Positions 19,967-30,185 of a stretch of 64,000 nucleotides of DNA are shown one piece after another. The number at the start of each line of letters is the position of its first letter. Positions within the stretch are counted from its first letter, which is position 1. Location: assembly GCA_038213805.1 (NCBI GenBank), contig JBBQSO010000006.1:43040-107039 (forward strand), read 5' to 3'. The position numbers and the translations under genes are program-made. The notes under the pieces are model-generated. The model was not told the origin of the DNA, did no database searches, and was given only the letters and a program-made list of their open reading frames with translations. Source of the stretch: Planctomycetota bacterium. GTDB taxonomy: Bacteria > Planctomycetota > UBA11346.

Positions 19967-22900
19967 ATGGCCAGCGAACCGCATCAGGATGACAGGGCGC
20001 CGCCAGCGCCGCCGGGCGCGGCTGCACCGTCTGCACCAACCGCGGCGGCCGGCCAGTCCGGCCGGCCGTCAACACGCTTCCAGCCGGTCCAGCCGCTGCT
20101 CATCCCCGGCTTCGGTGAGGAGGGGCAGCAACCGCAGGGGCGTAGCCCGACCCTGCACCCGTTCACCACCTCGCGCGACCTCAGCCGCGAGCCGACCACC
20201 CTGCTGCGCCCCGCGCCCGAGCTCGAGCCCGAGCCGGAGGCGGCGGGACGCGAAGTGACGCTGCTCGGTGGCGAGGCCGTGCTCGACGGTCGCGAAGCGA
20301 CCCTCGGCGCCGGCGCGCTGCATGGTCGCGAGGCGACCCTGCTCGGCGCGGTCGGCGGCCGCGAAGCCACCCCGCTGCGTCCGGCCGGCTCCTTCGCGCT
20401 GACCGGTCGCGAACCCACCCTGCGTGGCGCAGCGACGCCGCGCCCGGCGGGCGGCGGCACCTCGGCGGGCACCGTCGCCGGTGGCGCCGCGGGCGTCACC
20501 GGCCGCGAGCCCACCCTGGCCGCGGGCGGCGGCTCGCGCCGTCCCATCACCCAGCCCACCGACCTCGGCGGCCGGGCCGGCGCGCCGGCCGCGCCCTCCG
20601 GCCGCCCACGCACCGGCAGTGGCACCAGCGTGTCGTTCGACGACGCCTGGCACCTGCAGGGCCGGCGCGGCCCGCACACTGGCGCCAAATGGGGCGACTT
20701 CGAACTCGGCGGCATCCTCGGCGAGGGCGGCATGGGCGCGGTCTACCGCGCCAAGCAGGTCAGCCTCAAGCGCCGCGTCGCGCTCAAGGTGCTGCCGCCC
20801 AACCTCGCCGCCGACGACAAGCTGCTGCAGCGCTTCCACCTCGAGGCGCGCACCTCGTCGATCCTCTCGTCGCCGCACGTCGTGCAGGTCTACGCCATCG
20901 GCGAGCACGACGGCAACCACTACTTCGCCATGGAATTCGTCGAGGGCACCGACCTCTACGACATCATCAAGCAGCGCCAGACGGACCACCAGCCCTTCAC
21001 CCCGGACGAGGCCGCGGATCTGGTCGTGCAGGCCGCCAAGGGCCTCGCCGAGGCCGGCCGCCACGGCATCGTGCACCGCGACATCAAGCCGCCCAACCTG
21101 ATGGTGGCCAAGGGCAACCTGCTCAAGATCGCCGACTTCGGCATCGTCAAGATCATGGGCGAGCACCAGCTGACCATGACCGGCCAGGCGGTCGGCACGC
21201 CCGCCTACTGCAGCCCCGAGCAGGGCCGCGGCGAGGCGCAGATCGACACGCGCAGCGACCTCTACAGCCTGGGCGTGGTCTTCTATGAGCTGCTCTGCGG
21301 GCGCAAGCCGTTCGAGGGCACCACGCCCAACGCGTTGATCTACCAACATTGCTATGGCGAGCCCGAACTGCCGCAGAAGCTCAATCCGCTGATCGGCGAC
21401 GAGTACCAGGCGGTGGTGCTGCGCTGCCTGCAGAAGAAGCCCGAGCACCGTTACGCCTGCGCCGACGATCTGGTCAAGGACCTCGAGTCGATCCGTGCCG
21501 GTTCGATGCTGAAATCGGCGATCGCGCACTACCGCCTCGGCACTGGCGCCGACGAGGCCAAGCGCGAGCAGATGAACTGGTGGCAGCGCCATCTCGCCGC
21601 GGTCGCCGGCGCGGCCGGGCTGGTGGTGGTGCTCGGTGGCGGTGGCGTGTGGGCGTGGGCCGACCACGCGCAGCGTGTCCGCCTGGCCGCGTCCGAAGAG
21701 CAGAGCCGACGCGACATCGCCGCGAGCGAAGAGCGCCAGAAACACGAGCTCTCCGCGGCGCGCCTGCGCGCCACGCTGGCATCCCTCGACCAGATCGCGC
21801 CGCTGCCCGCCGACGTCGAGGCGCGCCTCGACGAGCTTGCCGCCGCGGCCGGCAGCGGCGACGCCGATGTCGCACGCTGGCGCGCCAAGGTCACGCGCGT
21901 GCGCCTGCTTGCCGGCGGCCTGGTCGCGCTCGACACCGCCGAGCCCGATGCCGCCGCGCGCATCAGCGCCGGCGCTGACCTCACCGCCTACGCCGCGCTG
22001 GTCGGCACCGGCGACGCAGCCGCCGAGCGCTGGGCGGCGCGTCTGGCGCAGGCACAGAAGGACGAGGACGAGTTGCGCGCCAAGCTTGGCGTGCTCGACA
22101 CCGCCGCCCTCACCCAGGCCGCCGCCGACAGCCTGCGCCCGCTACTCGCCCAGCTCCAGCGCCTGGTGCCAGCCGATGACGCGCGCGTGCGCGCCTGGGG
22201 CGAGCGCCTCGCCGGCTTCGACGCGCGCATCACCGCCCTGATCGCCAGGATCGCGCCGCTCGACGCCGGCGGGCGCATCACCGAAGGTCAGCGCGGCGCC
22301 TGCCTGGAAGCGCTCGGCCAGTTGCGCCCGCTGCTCGGCGCGGCCGACGCGCGCGTGCAGCGCTGGGAGCGCCGCCTGCAGGAGGCCGAAGGCCTGGTCG
22401 GCCGCCTGCGTGCCGCGATCGGCGCGGTGCTCGGCACCGTCGACCGTCCGTCGGTGCCGGCACAGGACACCATCGAGATCGACCTCGCGCAGCTGCGCAC
22501 CCTGCTCGACAGTGACGATCCAGACCTCAAGCGCTGGGACCTGCAGATCCGCAGCGCCAACGCCGCGATCGCCAAGCTGCGCGAGCGTCTGGCGGCGCTC
22601 GACGCCCTGCCCAAGGGCGAGACCGCGCCCTTCGCGCTGCTCGCGCCGCTGCACCAGGCGGTCGACGAGCTGCGCGGACTCGCGCGCCCCGGCGACGCCG
22701 ACGTGCTGCGCTGGGAAGCGGCCTTGCGAGTCGGCGACGAGCTCATCGCCACGCTGCGCACGCGCCTGCGCCGCCTCGACGGTGCCCAGGCCGAACCCAT
22801 CGCCCTCGCCCAGCAGCAGGCCCTGGCCCACGATCTCGAGCGCCTCGACGCCAAGGGTGGCGTCGATGGCGAGCAGGCGGCGGCGTGGAGCAGCCGCCTC

Positions 22901-24430
22901 GCCGCCGAGGCCGCGCGGGTCGCGGCGCTGCGTACCGCCTTGGCCGTGCTCGACCGCCCGGCGAGCATCGTCGAGGCCACGCGCAGCGCACTCGCGCGGC
23001 TCGCCGCGGATGCGGGCGAGGGCGATGCCGACGTGGTGCGCTGGCAGGCCAAGGTCGCGCGCGTCGCCGCCCTGTGCGGGAAACTCAAGGTCCTCGATGC
23101 CGCGACCATGCCCGATGATGGCGAGCACCTGCACGCCCAGCTGGTCGTCGAGGTCGGCGCCGCGGACGCCGAGGCGCAGCGCTGGGGCGCGCGCCTGGGC
23201 GAGATCGCCGCGGCGCGCGCCGCGGTCGCACCGCTGGCCCGGATCCAGCCGCTCACGCCCACCGCCGTCGCCGACCTGGTGCGGCTGCGCGCCCTGGTCG
23301 GCGCCGCCGACGCCGGCTGGCAGCGCCTCGACGCCAAAGTCGCGCGCGTCGGCGAACTCGCCGCGCTGCTGCGCCCGCTTGCAACCACCTACGCGCAGGC
23401 TCCGGCCGCAGCCACCGCCACCCACGCCGCCCTCGCCGAGCTGGTGGGCCTGGTCGGCGTCGGCGACCCCGGCTGCCGCGCCTGGGCGCAGCGTCAGGCG
23501 CTGCTCGACGGTCCTGGCCGACCGGCCTGGGCCAGCGCCGCCGGCCAGGACGAATACGGCCCGTGGGCGCTGGTGCGCGTCGGTGACGCCGAGGTGCGCT
23601 TCCGCTATGTCCCCCCCGGCGCCTTCCGCATGGGCAGCCCCGACGACGAGACCGGCCGCGAGGGCGACGAGGTCGCCGTGCCGGTGACTCTCACCCAGGC
23701 CTTGTGGCTGGCCGAAAGCGAGTGCCCCCAGCGCCTGTGGCACGTCGTGACCGGCGGCGCGCCCAGCCGCTTCACCGGTGACGATCGCCCGGTCGACAGC
23801 GTCTCGCTCGACGACATCCAGGCGTTCCTTGCCGCGCTGACGCGGCGCGTGCCGGGTCTGCCCGCGCGCCTGCCCAGCGAGGCGGAGTGGGAATACGCCT
23901 GCCGCGCCGGCGCGATCGGGCCGTGGGCCGCGGGCCCGGGCGGCGCGCAGCGCAGCCTGGACGGCCTCGCCTGGTACGCCGCGAACAGCCACGGCGAGAG
24001 CCACGAGGTCAAGCTGCGTTATCCCAACGCGCTCGGCCTCTACGACCTCCAGGGCAACGTCAGCGAGTGGTGCCGCGACCGCTACGCGCCGTATCCGACC
24101 AGCGCGGCGAGCGACCCGCTCGGTCGCGACGGCGCGCAGGGCGTGGCCCGCGGCGGTTCGTGGGGCGACGGCCAGGCGACGCTGCGCGCGGCCAACCGCT
24201 TGCCGGCGCGCCCCAGCCTGCGTTCCGCCTACCTCGGGTTCCGCCTCGCCGCCGCGGTGCAGTGGCCGGTCCCGCCCGACGGCCTGGCCCTGCTCGGCGC
24301 CGGCGCGGCGACGCGCGGCCAGATCGAGTTCCAACTCGGCACCGCGCACGTGCGCGTCGAGGTCGCGCTGCCGGCCGACGGCCTGCCCAGCGCGACGTCA
24401 GCACCCCGCCCCGCCCAGGCGACGCCATGA
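19967..24430 (+). CDS. Transmembrane Ser/Thr kinase with helical repeats and C-terminal FGE-sulfatase (SUMF1/EgtB/PvdO-type) domain
   Basis: LGEGGMGAVY, VALK, HRDIKPPN, DFG, GTPAYCSPEQ; TM LAAVAGAAGLVVVLGGGGVWAW; FRMGSP, RLPSEAEWEYACRAG, PNALGLYDLQGNVSEW, RGGSW, GFRL. Confidence 0.92.
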   Translation: MASEPHQDDRAPPAPPGAAAPSAPTAAAGQSGRPSTRFQPVQPLLIPGFGEEGQQPQGRSPTLHPFTTSRDLSREPTTLLRPAPELEPEPEAAGREVTLLGGEAVLDGREATLGAGALHGREATLLGAVGGREATPLRPAGSFALTGREPTLRGAATPRPAGGGTSAGTVAGGAAGVTGREPTLAAGGGSRRPITQPTDLGGRAGAPAAPSGRPRTGSGTSVSFDDAWHLQGRRGPHTGAKWGDFELGGILGEGGMGAVYRAKQVSLKRRVALKVLPPNLAADDKLLQRFHLEARTSSILSSPHVVQVYAIGEHDGNHYFAMEFVEGTDLYDIIKQRQTDHQPFTPDEAADLVVQAAKGLAEAGRHGIVHRDIKPPNLMVAKGNLLKIADFGIVKIMGEHQLTMTGQAVGTPAYCSPEQGRGEAQIDTRSDLYSLGVVFYELLCGRKPFEGTTPNALIYQHCYGEPELPQKLNPLIGDEYQAVVLRCLQKKPEHRYACADDLVKDLESIRAGSMLKSAIAHYRLGTGADEAKREQMNWWQRHLAAVAGAAGLVVVLGGGGVWAWADHAQRVRLAASEEQSRRDIAASEERQKHELSAARLRATLASLDQIAPLPADVEARLDELAAAAGSGDADVARWRAKVTRVRLLAGGLVALDTAEPDAAARISAGADLTAYAALVGTGDAAAERWAARLAQAQKDEDELRAKLGVLDTAALTQAAADSLRPLLAQLQRLVPADDARVRAWGERLAGFDARITALIARIAPLDAGGRITEGQRGACLEALGQLRPLLGAADARVQRWERRLQEAEGLVGRLRAAIGAVLGTVDRPSVPAQDTIEIDLAQLRTLLDSDDPDLKRWDLQIRSANAAIAKLRERLAALDALPKGETAPFALLAPLHQAVDELRGLARPGDADVLRWEAALRVGDELIATLRTRLRRLDGAQAEPIALAQQQALAHDLERLDAKGGVDGEQAAAWSSRLAAEAARVAALRTALAVLDRPASIVEATRSALARLAADAGEGDADVVRWQAKVARVAALCGKLKVLDAATMPDDGEHLHAQLVVEVGAADAEAQRWGARLGEIAAARAAVAPLARIQPLTPTAVADLVRLRALVGAADAGWQRLDAKVARVGELAALLRPLATTYAQAPAAATATHAALAELVGLVGVGDPGCRAWAQRQALLDGPGRPAWASAAGQDEYGPWALVRVGDAEVRFRYVPPGAFRMGSPDDETGREGDEVAVPVTLTQALWLAESECPQRLWHVVTGGAPSRFTGDDRPVDSVSLDDIQAFLAALTRRVPGLPARLPSEAEWEYACRAGAIGPWAAGPGGAQRSLDGLAWYAANSHGESHEVKLRYPNALGLYDLQGNVSEWCRDRYAPYPTSAASDPLGRDGAQGVARGGSWGDGQATLRAANRLPARPSLRSAYLGFRLAAAVQWPVPPDGLALLGAGAATRGQIEFQLGTAHVRVEVALPADGLPSATSAPRPAQATP

Positions 24431-27400
24431 AGACCTATGCCAGACTGGTGCGCTGGACTGCGCTCGCCGCCGTGCTGCTGCTGCTGCTCGTCCAGGGCGG
24501 ACTCGGCGCGGCCGAAAGCGTCGGCATCGATCCCTTGCCGAGCCAGGTGCGCAGTCGCAGCGACGTGCCGGTTTCCGGCACCTTCAGCACCGCTGGGGCC
24601 GCCACCACCCTGCGCTTCTTCGTCGACGGCGCACTCGACGGCACCACCGCGGCGACGGGCTCGTGGAGCTACGTCCTTGGCGCGACCAGCAGCGGCCTGA
24701 CCGGGCCCTACGCCGACGGCCAGCACACCCTGCTGGTGCAAAGCGAGGACGGCGGCGGGGCGCTGTTCGCGGTCGCCGCGGCCACCTTCACCGTCGACCT
24801 CAGTCCGGATCTCTTCCTTGGCGGCCTGGGCGTGCGCGACACCGGACCGGCGACCTTCGCCGCCGGCGAGAACGTGCTGGCGAGCGGCGCGGCGATCAGC
24901 AGCTACCCGTCCACAGCGGTGCCGGCGACCAAGGTCAAGACGCTCGCCATCACCCTCGACGACCGCCCCGACGGCAGCGCCGAGACGCTTAAACTCAAGA
25001 CCGGTTTCGTGCTGGCGAGCGCGCTGACGGCGACCTTCGACAATCTCAGCGGTACCCTCACCATCACCATCTCGGGCGCGACCCCGGTCGCGCCCAGCGT
25101 CCTCGCCGACGTCGCGCGCAACGTCGTCTATCTCACCACCCAGACCTCGCCGACCGCGGGCCTGCGTCGCGTGCGCTGGACGTTGACCGACAAGAACAAC
25201 GCGGTGTCGCCGGTCGCCACCGCGACCATCGCCGTCACCAACGGCAGCGGCGGGCCGCCGGTGGTGTCGCTGGGTGGCGATTTCGCCAGCGCCAACGTCA
25301 CCGCGACCCTGCTCGAGGGCGGCGGCGCGCTCGCCATCGCGCCGGGCGCGCGCATCCTCGCCAACCCCACCGCGCCGTGGCCGACGCCGGTCTTCGATAC
25401 GGTGACCAGCCGCTACACGCCCTCGTTCATCTACACCATGACCGCCAACGACAGCCTCTCGCAGTACAGCGGCGCGGTCCTGGATACCATCACCATCACG
25501 CTGACCAATCCGGGCGGCGGCGGCCTGCTGCCCGCCGGCACGGAATCGCTGAGCACCACCCCGACCAGCGAATTCACCTACGGCAGCACCTTCGTGACCC
25601 GTCCGGCCAACGCAGCGCCAGGCCACTTCCTGTACTTCGACGGCAACGAGGCGCCGCTCGACACGCCGGTCGCCGGCGATGGCGGCGCCTATATGATGTA
25701 CACGGTGGGCGGCAGCTACAGCCAGGGCGCCAGCAGCGGCAGCCTGGTGGTCCGCGCCAACCAGAACACGGCCCAGCTGGTGTGCCCGATCCGCAGCGCT
25801 TCCGGAACCACTTTCGCACCCGACGTGCGCCCCATCCCCACCGCCTTCGCCGAGACCCTGCTGCGCACCATCGCCTACACCAACACCAGCACCAACCCGA
25901 CGCGGCTGGGCAACCAGCGCGTGGTCACGGTGACGGTCAGCAACGCGTGCACCGCCGCGACGATCCGCAGCTCCGTGACGCGCACCTGCACCATCACCCT
26001 GGTGCCGAGTAATGAGGCGCCGGTGATCGCCGGGCCAAGCTCCTTCTCCGGCAACGAAGACGCCCCGCTCGCCCTCAATGGCCTGCAGATCTCGGACAAT
26101 GATGGCAACGGCGGCAACGAAACCCTCACCCTGGAGGTCGCGCACGGCACGCTCAGCCTGGGCGACCTCACCGGCCTGGCCGTGGTCGGCAACGGCACCG
26201 CCAAGGTCACCCTCACCGGCGCACTCGACGACCACGCCAGCGGCGTCCTGGCGCTCGCCCTCGCCCGCGCGCTGCGTCCCGGCAACCTCACGTTCGCTCC
26301 GACCGCGCAGTTCAGCGGCACCGACCAGCTGCGCGTGATCCTCACCGACAACGGCCACTCCAGCGACGCCACCGCCACGCCACAGACCACCACCTTCCTG
26401 CCCAACTCCGGTGGCGGTCCGATCACCCTCATCATCGCCGCGGTCAACGATCCGCCCGATGCGGCGCTGCCCGGACCCCAGGTCACCCAGGAGGACCAGG
26501 ACCGCATCATCGGCGGCCTCGCGGTGAGCGACCCTGACCAGCCGACCGGGCAGGTGCAGGTCGCCCTCGCCGCCGTGCACGGCGTGCTGACCTTGAATGA
26601 CATCACCGGACTCGACTTCGCCTTCAGCGATGCCGACGGCAGCGGCAGCGGCAGCGGCACGGCCGACCGCACGATGGTCTTCCGCGGCACGCTCAGCGAT
26701 ATCAACACCGCGCTGATCGCGGTGAACTACCATCCCGACCTGCACTTCTACGGCAGCGAAACCCTGACCATCGCGGTCAATGACCTTGGCAACACCGGCC
26801 TGCGCAGCGGCGCCGCCGGCGGCACCATCGCGTTCGGCGGCAGCGCCAATTCCTGGGTGCGCACCCGCACCGTGGCGATGTCGGTGCGCTTCACCGATCA
26901 GCGACCGGAGGTCGTGGTGAGCCCGGCCAGCTGCCTGGTGAGCGGCACCATCACCCTCGTCGGCGGCACTTATCTCGCGCCCACCTATCCGCTCCTCGGC
27001 CAGCCGCTCAACCCAGACGCCACACCGGCCACCCCACCCGGGGCCGGCACCAGCGCAAACGCTGGATCGCCGGGCTCCAATCTGGTCGCGAGCGACACCG
27101 AGACCAGGGACGCGCGCGGCCTGACCTACACCGTGGCGCTGGCCACTACCCAGGGCGACCTGCTGCGCCGCCGGCCGGGCGACCCTGTGGATGGCGTGCT
27201 GCTGGCCGCCGGCACGGTGTTCACCCAGGATGACCTCGACAACGGCTTCATCACCTATGTGCACAATGGTGCGCTGAGCGGCGACGACGGCTTCGTCTTC
27301 ACCGTCGCCGACGACAACAACGTCAGCCATCCGGCCGGCGCCAGCGATGTCCAGCGCCAGCAGTCGCCGCCCACCGTCTTCCCGATCGCCATCGACCGCA

Positions 27401-28536
27401 GCCTGCCGGTGGTGGTGCTCGCCGGCGGTGGCGCGACCTTCATCGAGTCCATCGCCGGCACACCCGGCAGCGGACCGGTCGCGCTCGACAACGATCCCGC
27501 GACCGCGGTGGTCAACGCCACCTCACCCGGGGTGTTCGTCCCACCCAGCGGCGCCGGCAGCGTGACGGTCAGCCTGGCCATCCCGACGCCGGTGGCGACC
27601 GCGCTCACCCCGTCGGGCGATGTCCAGGACGTGATCGCGCTCAAGGACCAGGCGCCGATCACGGTCAGCGGTCAGACCGTGCTGTTCAACGGCAGCCAGG
27701 CGATCGGCTCGCTCAGCGGTGGTGGCGGCGGCGCGCCGCTGGTGATCAGTCTGAGCTCTTCCGCGCCAATCCCGGTCAGCGCGGTCAGCGCGCTGATCCG
27801 CAACCTGACCTTCACCAACCCCTCGGCCAACCCCTCGGCCGCGACCCGGGTCGCGACCATCACCGTGCAGAACGGCAGCGGCCTGAACAGTCTGCCGGTC
27901 ACCACTGCGATCACCGTGGTACCCGTCAACAATCCGCCGGTGATCGCCACGCCCGTGCTCGTCGCGACCGTACCTGGCCTGACCGTTACCGGCCAGGTGG
28001 TCGTGAACGACCCTGACAGCCTGCTCAGCTTCGACGTCACCGGCGCGCCGCCCACCAAGGGCCAGGTGAGCGTGGCCGGCAACGGCACCTTCACCTACGC
28101 CGCGGCGGCGGTGGTCGCCGGCGCCGGCGGCCTGCTCAGCGATCATTTCGACATCACCGTCACCGACGATTTCGGTGAGACCGCGACCACGACCTTCACC
28201 GTGCGCATCAGCGATCTCGGCGCGACCGCGCCGGTGGTGACCTCGAATCCACCGATGGAGGCGACCAAGGACGGCGCGCTGGTCTACCAGCCTGCGGTCT
28301 CGACCGCCGGACTCGTCGCGCCCGTGCTGCGCTACGTGCTGGTCGGCCCGACCCCGGTGCCGACCCAGGCACCCAGCTTCAGCACCAGCGACGGTACGCT
28401 CAACTGGACGGCGGTGCCGCAGCCGATTGGCGGCTACTACGACCTCGGCATCCTGGTCATCGACCAGGTCAGCGGCAGCGCCACCTACCAGCCGATCCTG
28501 CTCAAGGTCGTGACGCCGCCGGCGGGGGGGGGCTGA
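24427..28536 (+). CDS. Large secreted protein with Ig/cadherin-like (tandem-95/VCBS/CSPG-like) domains
   Basis: ATGA overlap with kinase stop; signal peptide MKTYARLVRWTALAAVLLLLLVQ; VNDPP, EDAPL, FTQDDLDNG.ITY.HNG, GTFTY motifs. Confidence 0.85.
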   Translation: MKTYARLVRWTALAAVLLLLLVQGGLGAAESVGIDPLPSQVRSRSDVPVSGTFSTAGAATTLRFFVDGALDGTTAATGSWSYVLGATSSGLTGPYADGQHTLLVQSEDGGGALFAVAAATFTVDLSPDLFLGGLGVRDTGPATFAAGENVLASGAAISSYPSTAVPATKVKTLAITLDDRPDGSAETLKLKTGFVLASALTATFDNLSGTLTITISGATPVAPSVLADVARNVVYLTTQTSPTAGLRRVRWTLTDKNNAVSPVATATIAVTNGSGGPPVVSLGGDFASANVTATLLEGGGALAIAPGARILANPTAPWPTPVFDTVTSRYTPSFIYTMTANDSLSQYSGAVLDTITITLTNPGGGGLLPAGTESLSTTPTSEFTYGSTFVTRPANAAPGHFLYFDGNEAPLDTPVAGDGGAYMMYTVGGSYSQGASSGSLVVRANQNTAQLVCPIRSASGTTFAPDVRPIPTAFAETLLRTIAYTNTSTNPTRLGNQRVVTVTVSNACTAATIRSSVTRTCTITLVPSNEAPVIAGPSSFSGNEDAPLALNGLQISDNDGNGGNETLTLEVAHGTLSLGDLTGLAVVGNGTAKVTLTGALDDHASGVLALALARALRPGNLTFAPTAQFSGTDQLRVILTDNGHSSDATATPQTTTFLPNSGGGPITLIIAAVNDPPDAALPGPQVTQEDQDRIIGGLAVSDPDQPTGQVQVALAAVHGVLTLNDITGLDFAFSDADGSGSGSGTADRTMVFRGTLSDINTALIAVNYHPDLHFYGSETLTIAVNDLGNTGLRSGAAGGTIAFGGSANSWVRTRTVAMSVRFTDQRPEVVVSPASCLVSGTITLVGGTYLAPTYPLLGQPLNPDATPATPPGAGTSANAGSPGSNLVASDTETRDARGLTYTVALATTQGDLLRRRPGDPVDGVLLAAGTVFTQDDLDNGFITYVHNGALSGDDGFVFTVADDNNVSHPAGASDVQRQQSPPTVFPIAIDRSLPVVVLAGGGATFIESIAGTPGSGPVALDNDPATAVVNATSPGVFVPPSGAGSVTVSLAIPTPVATALTPSGDVQDVIALKDQAPITVSGQTVLFNGSQAIGSLSGGGGGAPLVISLSSSAPIPVSAVSALIRNLTFTNPSANPSAATRVATITVQNGSGLNSLPVTTAITVVPVNNPPVIATPVLVATVPGLTVTGQVVVNDPDSLLSFDVTGAPPTKGQVSVAGNGTFTYAAAAVVAGAGGLLSDHFDITVTDDFGETATTTFTVRISDLGATAPVVTSNPPMEATKDGALVYQPAVSTAGLVAPVLRYVLVGPTPVPTQAPSFSTSDGTLNWTAVPQPIGGYYDLGILVIDQVSGSATYQPILLKVVTPPAGGG

Positions 28537-28538
28537 GC

Positions 28539-29378
28539 ATGATCCCGATCACCATCCTCCGTCCTGCCGGCCGCGTCGCCCTCGGTGCATGCCTCCTCCT
28601 TGGCGCCGGCTGCGGCTCTCCCGACGCCGGCGTCAGCGTGGGCGGCGGGGGCGGTGCGAACGGCGGGCTGTCGGCGGCGGTCGGCAATGCGACCTCGCCT
28701 TTCCTGGTGCTCGATCTCGTCGCCGGCACCCTGCGCAGCGCCGCGACGGTCGACGATCTCGCCACCAACGCCGCCTGGCGCACGACCTCGCTGGTATTCC
28801 GCCGCGTGCACGGCCTGGGCGATGACTACTTCCTGGGGGTGTTCGAGACCACCCAGGAGCAGTGGACGCGGCTGGGCGGCGCCCAACCCTGGAGCGCGCT
28901 CAGCAGCGCGGTGGTCGGCAGCGGCGCAGTCGCCGCCGACCATCCCGCCTTCGCCCTCAGCTATGCCGACATCCAAGCCGTCGTAAGCGCGTATGCGGCG
29001 TCGCACCAACTGCGTCTCGCGGTGCCCACCACCGCGCAGTGGCGCTTCGCCTGCGCCGCCGGCAGTGCCGGCGCCTACGCCTGGGGCGACGGCACCGATC
29101 GCGCCACGGTCGCGGCCAACGCGGTGGTCGCTGAAACCCTGGGCGGCACGCCCGGGCCGCGCAGCGTCGGCGCGCTCAGCGCCAACGCCGCCGGCTTCTA
29201 CGACATGCACGGCAACGTCTGGGAATGGACCAGCCCGGGAACGGGCGTCAGCGGCGGCTCGTGGCACGACGGCATCGCGCGCGCCACCACCCAGGGCCAG
29301 GCCGGCTTCGCCGACGCGCAGATCACCGACCTCACCGCCCACGCGCTGATCGGCGTGCGGCTGGTCTTGCAGCCGTGA
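28539..29378 (+). CDS. FGE-sulfatase domain lipoprotein
   Basis: Lipobox-like LGAGC; VPTTAQWRFACAAG, ANAAGFYDMHGNVWEW, GGSW, IGVRLV. Confidence 0.85.
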   Translation: MIPITILRPAGRVALGACLLLGAGCGSPDAGVSVGGGGGANGGLSAAVGNATSPFLVLDLVAGTLRSAATVDDLATNAAWRTTSLVFRRVHGLGDDYFLGVFETTQEQWTRLGGAQPWSALSSAVVGSGAVAADHPAFALSYADIQAVVSAYAASHQLRLAVPTTAQWRFACAAGSAGAYAWGDGTDRATVAANAVVAETLGGTPGPRSVGALSANAAGFYDMHGNVWEWTSPGTGVSGGSWHDGIARATTQGQAGFADAQITDLTAHALIGVRLVLQP

Positions 29379-29401
29379 GCGGCGTGCGCAGCATCGCCGC
29401 G

Positions 29402-30067
29402 ATGCGCACCTCCCTGGTCCTTCGTCTGCCCGTGGCCGGCCTCGTGCTTGGCGCGCTGGCCCGTGCGACGCTGCCAGGCGCCGAGCTGGTGGTGCGCGAC
29501 CTCGATATCAATGCGGTGGCGCTGCCCACCAGCTTCAGCTACACGCTGACCGGTTCAGGGTCGTCTGGTTCGGGCAATGATGCCTTCGCCTCCGGCACTG
29601 GCCTGGGCGTCGGTGGGCGCTGGTCGCTGGCGCGCCCCGGCGATGCGCTGGGCTTGGTGCTCGGTCTCGACGCCATGCTCGAGGACTGGACCTATGGCAG
29701 CAGCGCGGATGCGCTGTTCGCGGCCGACCTGCGCGCCAGCGCCGGCCTTGGCTGGGCGATCACGCCGCGCTGGACGGCGATCGCCGAGCTCGGCGCCGGC
29801 TACGGCTTCAGCCATCTGAATCTTCCGGCCAGCGCCATCGCTCCGGCCTTCTCGGCGAGCGGCAACCACCTCGCCTACGACCTGCGCGCGGACCTGCGCT
29901 GGCAGTTCGCGCACGGGCTGGTCCTGGTCGTGGAGGGCGGCTGGCTGCACAGCGCGCACAGCTTCTCCAATGGCGGCATCAGCGACCTGAAACTGACCCA
30001 GAGCGGATTGTACGCAGGGATCGGCTTCTCTTGGCGGTTCAGCGATGCGCCGGAGCGGCTCGAATAA
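29402..30067 (+). CDS. Outer-membrane beta-barrel protein (probably 8 strands)
   Basis: Signal peptide, alternating amphipathic strands, terminal strand GLYAGIGFSWRF. Confidence 0.7.
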   Translation: MRTSLVLRLPVAGLVLGALARATLPGAELVVRDLDINAVALPTSFSYTLTGSGSSGSGNDAFASGTGLGVGGRWSLARPGDALGLVLGLDAMLEDWTYGSSADALFAADLRASAGLGWAITPRWTAIAELGAGYGFSHLNLPASAIAPAFSASGNHLAYDLRADLRWQFAHGLVLVVEGGWLHSAHSFSNGGISDLKLTQSGLYAGIGFSWRFSDAPERLE

Positions 30068-30086
30068 AGCGATGCGCCGGAGCGGC
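30041..30086. repeat. 19-bp direct repeat AGCGATGCGCCGGAGCGGC bracketing a stop codon
   Basis: Copies at 30041-30059 and 30068-30086. Confidence 0.8.
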
Positions 30087-30185
30087 GCGAACCAGGCAGG
30101 CGCGAGTCTCGCCGCGCGCGAAAAACACCCGTGTGGCTGTGCGCGCGTCCCGAGGGCCGCTGTTCCCAAGCGCGGGCGTCGCTGG

